Assembly: GCA_964016885.1 (NCBI GenBank)
Contig: OZ024748.1
Span: 16,120,001 to 16,184,000 of the forward strand
DNA length: 64,000 nt
Source of the DNA: Eledone cirrhosa
Lineage: Eukaryota
Reading direction: 5' to 3'
This document shows, piece after piece, positions 55,498-64,000 of the stretch. Each line of letters opens with the position of its first letter. Position 1 is the first letter of the stretch. A program made the translations under genes and the position numbers. The notes beneath the pieces are model-generated. The model was given only the letters and a program-made list of their open reading frames with translations, was not told the origin of the DNA and searched no databases.

Positions 55498-55890
55498 CTG
55501 ATACCAACATTTGATAACCCTTTTGATACCAGCATTTGATACCAATATTTGATATCAAAATTTGATAACCCTTTTGATAGAAACATTTGATAAGCCTTTT
55601 GATACCAACTTTAGATAACATTTCATACCAACATTTTGTACCAGTGTTTGATACCAACATTTGATACCACCATTTGATCCCAGATTTGATCACCCTTTTA
55701 ATATCAACATTTGATAAGCCTTTTGATACCAACTTTAGATAACATTTCATACCAACATTTTGAACCAGCGTTTGATACCAACATTTGATACCACCATTTG
55801 ATCCCAGATTTGATCACCCTTTTAATATCAACATTTGATAAGCCTTTTGATATGAACAAGTGATACCGACATTGATAAGTCTTTTAATAC
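55498..55890. repeat. Minisatellite (acatttgatacc subunits; 124-bp higher-order unit)
   Basis: aacatttgataagcc at 55582, 55706 and 55830. Confidence 0.9.
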
Positions 55891-56569
55891 CAGAGGTGAA
55901 TTAGTAGAGTCAGTGGAGCATCTGATTAAATGTCTTCGTATTTGTTCTCGATCTCAGCGCTCAGAGTTCAAATCCTGTTATAGCTAACTTTGCCTTTCAT
56001 CCTTCAAGGGTGGTTGATAAATAATCCAAACTCTGTACTAAAACCTCAGATTTGTAATGAACTCTCCTCTCTACCAAGATCCCAGCCTTGCAATAACTTT
56101 ATCTCTGCATTAATGTAATGACATAACTTTTCTACTGACACCACAGCTGTGTAATGACCTGTCCTTTCTACCATGACCTCAAATATGACCTGTCTATGGA
56201 GACTTCAGCTGATGTGCTTTTGTGAGCTTTCTATGAATTTTATAATAGCATTTTTTATGTTTGTGATTTTAATGTTTACATTACTCTATATTTACTATTG
56301 TATTTTTGTGGTAAAGGCTTTATCTCACACAATATCAAATCTATGAGATTTTGATATTATTTATTTTGGGAACAATAACTTTACATCAGTATGAGTGGCC
56401 AGTTATGACTAGTTTGAACAGAAAGAGGTGAGAGAATTCTGGCCAGATACAGCCAGTTTAAATGTTAAAGGGTTAAATGCATGTTATTAAAAATAAATCA
56501 TTATTGTACTTCTTTTTATCATCCTGCAGTATAAAGGTTTTGTAGCTGACGTAGACTCAGGGTGAAATG

Positions 56570-56810
56570 TGGATGTACAGGTAGACCAACCATTGAACTG
56601 CAAATGACCAGAGAGATTGTACACTAAACTGTAAATATACAGGTAGATTAGACACTAAACTGTAAATATACAGGTAGATTAGACACTAAACTGTAAATAT
56701 ACAGGTAGATTGTACACTAAACTGTAAATATACAGGTAGATTGTACACTAAACTGTAAATGTACAGTTAGACTACATGCTGAACTGTAAATGTACAGGCA
56801 GACCACAGAC
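56570..56810. repeat. 31-bp minisatellite
   Basis: Unit acactaaactgtaaatatacaggtagatt(ag/gt). Confidence 0.92.
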
Positions 56811-57704
56811 TAATGCAGAAAATTTGTATCTCTTGAGCAAGACAGTTCAAAGATACATCATATTTTCTTTTTGCCAACCAATTCTATTCGAAGTAAGTTT
56901 TTAAATCTTAGTCATGGAGGATGTTCTGCTAAATCAAGGAGAGTGGGAGGTGTTCTAAGAAGGCGTCTGAGTCTACTTGTGCCTACATGAGCATCACAAG
57001 CCAAGTGATCCTCGATTATGAGTGACAGCTGTAGTTTCTGTGTTGTTTTTTTTAACTTTATATATATATATGATCATATTAGGAGAAAATAAAATGAAAA
57101 GATATTCATCCGGTTGACAGGGCTAAAATATACCTTCCTATAAGCATTTTGGTTGCTGTAGATATAAATATTTCCCTTAGAATATTTCTCTGATACTGTC
57201 AATGTAGAAAGGATATCAGAAATGTATAAATAGAGAATGCAGGATTGAAAACAAGAAATAATTCTAATAACGTGACTCCAAAATGTCTAGTAAAGGAAGC
57301 AACCTAAATTTCCAAATTGACAAGGATAACAAGATTATATCTAACAAAATATACATGTAAAAATATACAGCGTTGCTTTACACAACACACATCACTTGGG
57401 TTTAGTTTGGCTTATGTTTTGTTGCTTTCTTTTATTCATACTAACATTCCACAACTGAATCCATGATGAAGATGCATAAATGAACTGAGAAAAATTAATA
57501 TACATGGTAATAAAGTGTTAATAACTATACACACTCACGTCATATGTTGGCACATACACATCAAGTGTGGTGAAACACACACGCACACATGAATTTATAT
57601 AGAGTATTTTAAAGAAGGAATTACGCACATGAAATTACATAATTGCAACAACATTACCACAACCCAACAAACAACAACAACAACAAAAAGATCTGCAATA
57701 ATCA

Positions 57705-58395
57705 TAAAATCTAGTACAGACTGTAAAGATTTAGTGTTGCTGGTGCCACGATGAAGTGCTCCCAGTACACACTGTAAAGTGGTAATACTGGTGTGACTAT
57801 GAAATACACCCAGTACTGTCTGTAAAGAATTAGTGATACTGGTTCCAGTACACTGTAAAATGGTAATGCTGATGCTGCAATGAAATGTTTTCATTGCACT
57901 CTGTAAAGTGGAAGTGCTCGTGCCGCAATAAAATGCCCATAGGACACATTCAATTCATTCTGTAAATATTAATGCTGGTGCCATCATAAAATGCACCCAT
58001 TACACTCTGTATCTCTGCATCATAGAATGCATCTAGTACCCCTATTAGTAGCAATATTGGTACTACTATAAAATGCACCCAGCATGCTGTGTAAAGTGGC
58101 AATAATGTTGCTATTATGGAATTCACCATGTACACTCTAAAGTGGTAATGCTGCTGCTATTATAAAATGTACCATGTACACTCTGTAAAGTGGTAATGGT
58201 GTTGCTTTTATAAAATGCACCATGTACACTCTGTAAAGAGGTTGGCATTAAGAAGGGCATCCAGCTGAGGAAATCATGTGAAAATGGAAAATATGACTTC
58301 TCTAGTCTCAGAGCACCATCACATGTCTAACCAATGCAAGCAAAGAAAGCAGACATCATAAAATGAGGATGGTGATGAGGATGATGATGATGATA
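57705..58395 (+). mobile_element. RTE 3' UTR / SINE tail with an expanded ~45-50-bp internal repeat array
   Basis: About 10 units of cact(ct)gtaaagtggtaat..tg.tg..ataaaatgcacc, then gttggcattaagaagggcatccagctg and an (ATG)n tail. Confidence 0.7.
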
Positions 58396-59477
58396 AATAA
58401 TATGTTTAAGTATTTAATAATTTTCTCGATTACTACTTCAATATTTGTGCAACTGCGATATCTCATGAAAAAATACAAAAAAAAAAACGCCCAACAAAAC
58501 AAAACAAAACAAATCAAAAAGAAAACCATTACCATCATAATTTCTATTTCAGAACTGTTTGTCAGACAAACTGTCATACATTGACAATATCAAAATCTGA
58601 CTGTCAAAGACTTTTGCCTAATCTCAATACATATTCTTTGTCAGTTGTCAATATTTTTGTATCATGTCCAAACTAAATTTGAGCCAACTTACAGCAATGT
58701 GGGATGGGATGGAGGGAGAAAGCAACATATCATTTTTATCATTTTATTTTTCTTTCATTTTTCTTCTCTCATTATTATTATCAATATTATTATTATTATT
58801 ATTTATATTTTTATTATCGTTTTTTTTTTTTTTATTTATTTTTTTTTTTTGCTTTGTTTTTGTTTGTTTTTATTCTAGTCATTGAGTGACATTTCCCGAT
58901 GTCTAATCAACATTGCTATCTAATTTACGGTAACTAATGCGCCTATAATTTCCTCTTGAAACACACTATTATTTCCTTGTATTTACACATTATTATTTCA
59001 TTTCCTCCTTTATTCTTCATGACTGAACATTACTTTGCCAGTTCAAATTCTCCTTCTTCTTCTTCTTCTTCTTCTTCTTTGTCTCCAAGAATGAAATTAA
59101 TATTTATGTATTGCCACAAAAAGAAGAAAGCCCACTACTTCTCTCTACTTACTAAACATTTGAAAAGAAAAAGAAAGAAAAAAATTATCAATTTCAACAT
59201 AAATGTTATTGTTTCATAATTAAGTAATTGCATTGAATATATAATATTTCTGTAAAATAAATTAACATGCTGTGAATCATGCTTTAATGATTTTATATTT
59301 TCTAAATTCCTTTTCTAATTGTGTCAAATTGTTTACAAGATGGAAAATATTCTCCTTGTAGTGAATTTCTTGTTAATACAACATATCCCCCATCTATGTA
59401 GGTTTAACCCTTATGGCACCCAACCACCTGAAAATATGAATCCATCCCTCATTCTATGATACAAAGACACTGTGTTA

Positions 59478-59832
59478 TTCTTCTTCTTTGCCCACATATT
59501 CCTGAGAGGGTCATGGGGGAAGAGGCCCCAAACACTCCTTCCAGTAGGACCTGTCAGAAGCAACCATTTCCAATTGATCCAGCTTGATCCCCAATGTAAT
59601 TAATGAACAAAATATCAGTATTGAGATTAAATTCTTCTTCTTCTCCCACCTATTTCTGAGAGGGTCATGTGGGCAGAGGTCCCAAACACTCCTTCTAGTA
59701 GGACCTGTCAGAAGCAACCATCTTCAATTGATCCAGCTTGATCCCCAAGAGTGACCAGATGAGCTCATGGATGTTATCCAACCATCTTGCTTGGGGTCTA
59801 CCCTTGTGTCTCTTGTCGGTTAGTTTTGCCTA
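59478..59832 (-). mobile_element. RTE LINE 3' ends (two tandem fragments)
   Basis: LGIKLDQLEMVASDRSYW matches the 39.8-40.1 kb copy; short (AAG)n tails. Confidence 0.75.
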
Positions 59833-60077
59833 TAATTTTAAAATCATTTTGAATGATGTTGATCATCATCATCATCATCATCATCATCATATTATGTCTG
59901 CTTTTCCCTACTTGCAAGGGTGGGATGGGTATAATTCAGCACAGCATCTCTCCATTCATCACGCTCCTTCGTCATCTCCTCCATGAGCTTCAGCGATCTG
60001 AGGTCAGTTCTCACTGCCTCTGCCCATGATGATGATGATGATGATGATGATAATTATGCTGATGATGGCGATGATGC

Positions 60078-60118
<41 letters not shown>

Positions 60119-60365
60119 GCGGTAGTGGTTGTGATGATGATGATACACATATTTTTATATATAAAACATAGGCAGTGAGTGACATGCATGTGAATATTGC
60201 ATAAAATATCGAATTAGCTGATTTCTTTGGCATGACTCTGCTATGTCAGCAGAGGGATATTTCTTGCCAAATGCTCACAACACCTTCTGCTACAACATAT
60301 TCTTGCTTCATTATATATTCATACACTATATCATATATATATATATAAGTGTGTGTCTCTCTCTC

Positions 60366-60398
<33 letters not shown>

Positions 60399-60469
60399 GC
60401 GTGTGTATATATATATATATGTGTATATAAATAAATATACATACATTTTTTTATATATATATATATATA

Positions 60470-60546
60470 CAGGGTGTCCTAAAAATGTATACACACTTCA
60501 ACACCATTCTAATGAATATGTGTATACATTTTTTGGGGACACCCTG
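60470..60546. mobile_element. 77-bp Tc1/mariner-type MITE
   Basis: ta-cagggtgtcctaaaaatgtatacaca ... tgtgtatacattttttggggacaccctg-ta. Confidence 0.8.
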
Positions 60547-61021
60547 TATACATATATATATATATATATATATACACGTCATTATGGAAATTCGGAAGGA
60601 AATGATGATGTTGTAGCGGTGGTGGTGGTGGGGATTAGTGGTTAGCGAAGGTGGTGGTGGTTAGTGAAGGTGGTGGTGGTGATGGTGGTTAATGGCGGCA
60701 AAAATGATAGGGATGGTGACGATGATGATGATGATATTGGTGTCAATGATGTGGAGTTGGTGGCGGTAGGCATCATCATTATCATGGACATCATTTCCCA
60801 ACACTACCACCACCATTATCATCATCATCATCATCACTACCATTATCACCAGACATGGCACCTATAGACATAAAGGAGTTCAATTCACAGCCATATGGTT
60901 TCAGGTTCACTCCCACTCTAGGGATCCTTGGGTGGATTGGGTCTTTTACTAGAACTTCAGGTTGACTTGTGAGTGAAATTTGGGAGATGGAAACTGTAGA
61001 ATCCTATTTTATATATATATA

Positions 61022-61380
61022 GCATCCAATCCATAAATGCTCATTTTGGTGCTATGATAATAACTACCCAGTCCACACTGTAAAGTGGTCGGATGGGTGT
61101 CATAACAAAAGCACCCTATTCACACTGTAATATAATTGTTTTGGTGTCATGACAAAACACACCAAGTCCACACTGTAGAGTGTTCGCTTTGGATAAAAGC
61201 ACCTAATTCATACTGTAAATGTGGTTGGTGTTAAGAAGGGAATTCAGCTGTAGCAACCAAGCCAGAAACTGTTCTGTATCAGCAAGATATCGTCGCCTGA
61301 TCTGATTTGTTTCACAATGGGACAACTTGTTTAACCTATGCTAGCATATAAAAATGGATATTAAATGATGATGATGATGG
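61022..61380 (+). mobile_element. RTE 3' UTR / SINE tail fragment with internal repeats
   Basis: gtccacactgtaaagtgg units, gttggtgttaagaaggg domain and (ATG)n tail. Confidence 0.65.
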
Positions 61381-61689
61381 TGGGGATGATGATGATGACA
61401 ATGATGATGATGGTGATGATGATTATGACAGTGGTGATGAAGGTGATGGTGATGAGGCTGAGAGTGGTGATGGTGATGATGGTTCGCCATTGGTAATATA
61501 TGTTTTCAGTAACACTGCCAACTGCTCAAAATTTGGCAATGTCTGGATGTACCAACTCTTTGTGTCAATCGCATAATTTGGCAACAATTCTGAATGTTTG
61601 AAAAGTCTAAGTTTCAACCACCTGGCTATTTCCACCAGTTTCATATTATGTATGTTTTTGTTTTTTTTATACTGCTTAGTTAGTGAGGA

Positions 61690-62036
61690 TTAAATGTGGA
61701 TTGAATTGTGTGGTGGTGTTGAATTGAGCAACGAATTAAGCCTGGATCATGTGGTTGTGTTAAATTGAGCGATGGATTAAACCTAGATCATATGCTGGTG
61801 TTAAACAGAACAAAGGATTAAGCCTATATCATGTGGTGGTGATAAATTGAGCAATTGATTAAGCCTGGATCATGTGCTGATGTTGAACTGAGCAAAGGAT
61901 TAAGCCTGGATCATGTGGTGGCGTTAAACTGAGCAAAGGATTAAGCCTGGATCATAAGGTGGTGTTAAACTGAGCAATGAATTAAGCCTGGATCATAAGG
62001 TAGTGTTAAACTCAGCAATGAATTAAGGGTTGATCA
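61690..62036. repeat. 41-bp minisatellite, about 8 copies
   Basis: Unit ttaaactgagcaaaggattaagcctggatcatgtggtggtg. Confidence 0.92.
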
Positions 62037-62189
62037 TCTAAAGAACTGAGAATGTAGACAGCCAAAACAAACATTGACTACGTGGACACATGAATCCATT
62101 AGTAAAAGCATGGTGTACATTAATACCAAATCATCTTTAACCGAGAGTGTCAGCCATAATTTGTTTATTTTTGTTTTGGTGATGGTTGT

Positions 62190-62385
62190 CTTCTTATCTA
62201 GTCGCTACACAACACCCATCGAGTGTGGTACTCAGAGCCTTTCCTATAGTATTAAGGTTTCAAGGTTGTTAAGTGTGCATGGATCTTCAAGATTGGTGCA
62301 AACTAGAAGGTGCTCCATAGTTTGTAATTGCCTACATTGGCAGTTGGAACCATCATCTCTGATATATCCCACCATTCCTGAAGGG
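62190..62385 (-). mobile_element. Probable Ingi/Vingi-like LINE C-terminal zinc-knuckle fragment
   Basis: Minus strand LQEW/GYIRDDGSNCQCRQLQTMEHLLVCTNLEDPCTLNNL resembles the KWGY..CxCG..QTxxHLLxC motif; frameshifted. Confidence 0.5.
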
Positions 62386-63439
62386 GATGGGGATGGTAGT
62401 GATTAGTAACCATTGTCTGATTAATAATGTTATTAGCACCGCAAGATTTGATTTCAGAACTCTAAACAAACCATTGATTTGTTACACAATGTACCAGCTT
62501 GAGAGACTGGGTGACTAAGAGTTAATTACATTTACCAGGAATACAAAACAACATGATTAAATGACACATTGAATTTTGATTCTTCAGTTAGTAGGCTGAC
62601 ATTCCAAACATTTCCGCAAGCTGTAGATATATAAAAATCAACAACAACAAAACACACACACACGCAAAAAGAAACACACACAAAAAACACACACACACAT
62701 ACACTAACTGAAAAAAGTTGCAGTGAAAACTTTGAGAAAATTGATCACAGATTTTATTTAACAAATGTTACAAATATGTAATTTTGAAAAAAATATTTTA
62801 TATAAGCAAAATAGATGTATATTTTTTTTAAATCCCCTAAAGTAATATGTTTGATTTGAAATGTTTTATATTAGATTGGTATTATTTTTGATTTGAAATA
62901 AATGAAAAAAAAATGGAAATAATTCAGAAAACATTGTATTGAAAAAAATTTTTTTAAATAATTAAAAAAAATAATTAAAAAAAAATAACCCATGCTAGCG
63001 TGGAAAATGGATGTTAAACGAAGATGATGATGAGATGATGATACTCTCGAAAATATCACGAAAAGTTGGAGACAAAACATTTACAGGTGTGAAATCAAAA
63101 ATAAAGAATAGAAATATATAGCTGAAGATAGCTATTGTTGCCAAACCTGTTAGGAAAATGTTATTTTTATATTTTATATATATATTTTTTTTTTTTTTTT
63201 CATTATATTTTTCTTTTGTTCCAATTAAGTCTGTTTATTTACCTGGGAAATTTTGTATGCCTCACAACTAAAGTAACTTTGATATTTTAACAGTAAAGAA
63301 TGCCACATTCTGTTGCTAATTATCAATAAACAAAATTCATCATCATAGAATTGAATATTCTATTCTATGAGGCTTAATAATCCTAGAAACAATAATCATA
63401 CAATTAGACCTAGAAATGTTATTCAAGTCGGTATTCATT

Positions 63440-63722
63440 CTGGCTGTCTGCACTCTGAGTTCAAATCCCAGGAATGTCAACTTTGCCTTTCATCTTTTTG
63501 AGGTCGATAAAAAGAGTATCAGTTTAATAATGGTTTCTTATATAGGCACAAGACCAGCAATTAAATCAACCCCATTGCATTACTGGTACTTTATTTTATC
63601 AACCTCATAAGGATGAAAGGCAAAGTTAACCTCAGTGGGATTTGAACTCAGACTGTAAAGGTATGTAACTCTATGCTGCAAATCATGGCGTTCGACTCTC
63701 TACCGATACTGCCAATCCTCTA
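63440..63722. mobile_element. Two family A SINE copies tail-to-tail
   Basis: Plus fragment ~63440-63520 and minus copy ~63530-63722. Confidence 0.8.
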
Positions 63723-64000
63723 CACTCTAGCAGTTTAATAATGGGGTCGATTCTTCCTCCACATCTCTTGCTCACTTCTCTCTATCACTCTCTATCCTTC
63801 TCTGAAAGAATTTGCTATGAGAGGAGATTGCCTTTGACAGGTTTAAAAAGGCTGTATGTTAATACAGTGACTCTATGACTTCATCAGGAGTTAAGGGTAC
63901 ATACCATACTATTGTAAATTAACACTTTTGTAGCTAACCTGCTCAAACCCAGCTCTGTTTCTAAGAAACAAAGTCATCCACTTTAAAGGGTTCCTATTTA

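Noticed and set aside
61690-62036. Regular 41-bp repeats superficially like a CRISPR array (also 13165-13690, 56570-56810)
   Set aside because: Head-to-tail units without unique spacers, no cas genes, eukaryotic context.

Overview
Very AT-rich, microsatellite-saturated animal DNA. The repeat content suggests a cephalopod such as Octopus, which is an inference and not a database match. I found no supportable host protein-coding exon; nearly all listed ORFs are translations of (TA)n, (CA)n, (ATG)n, (ACC)n or (AAG)n tracts. The window is a patchwork of tRNA-derived SINEs, 3' fragments of RTE, L1/Tx1, R4/Dong-like and Ingi/Vingi-like LINEs, Tc1/mariner relics (a DD37D maT-type transposase pseudogene and MITEs), a TTAA-flanked MITE and many minisatellites. 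The main hidden signal is a dense population of about 14 type I hammerhead-ribozyme motifs (stem I - CUGANGA - stem II - GAAA - short, usually palindromic stem III - UH - stem I'), found by eye on both strands and belonging to many sequence-unrelated short non-coding elements. These elements sit in (TA)n tracts and are often arranged as large palindromes with a one-sided extension. One is a 323-bp head-to-tail unit resembling a retrozyme or non-autonomous Penelope-like element. Most motifs lack the canonical G-C pair at the base of stem II, and four share a C.C mismatch at stem II position 4. All folds were made by hand and no cleavage activity is shown.
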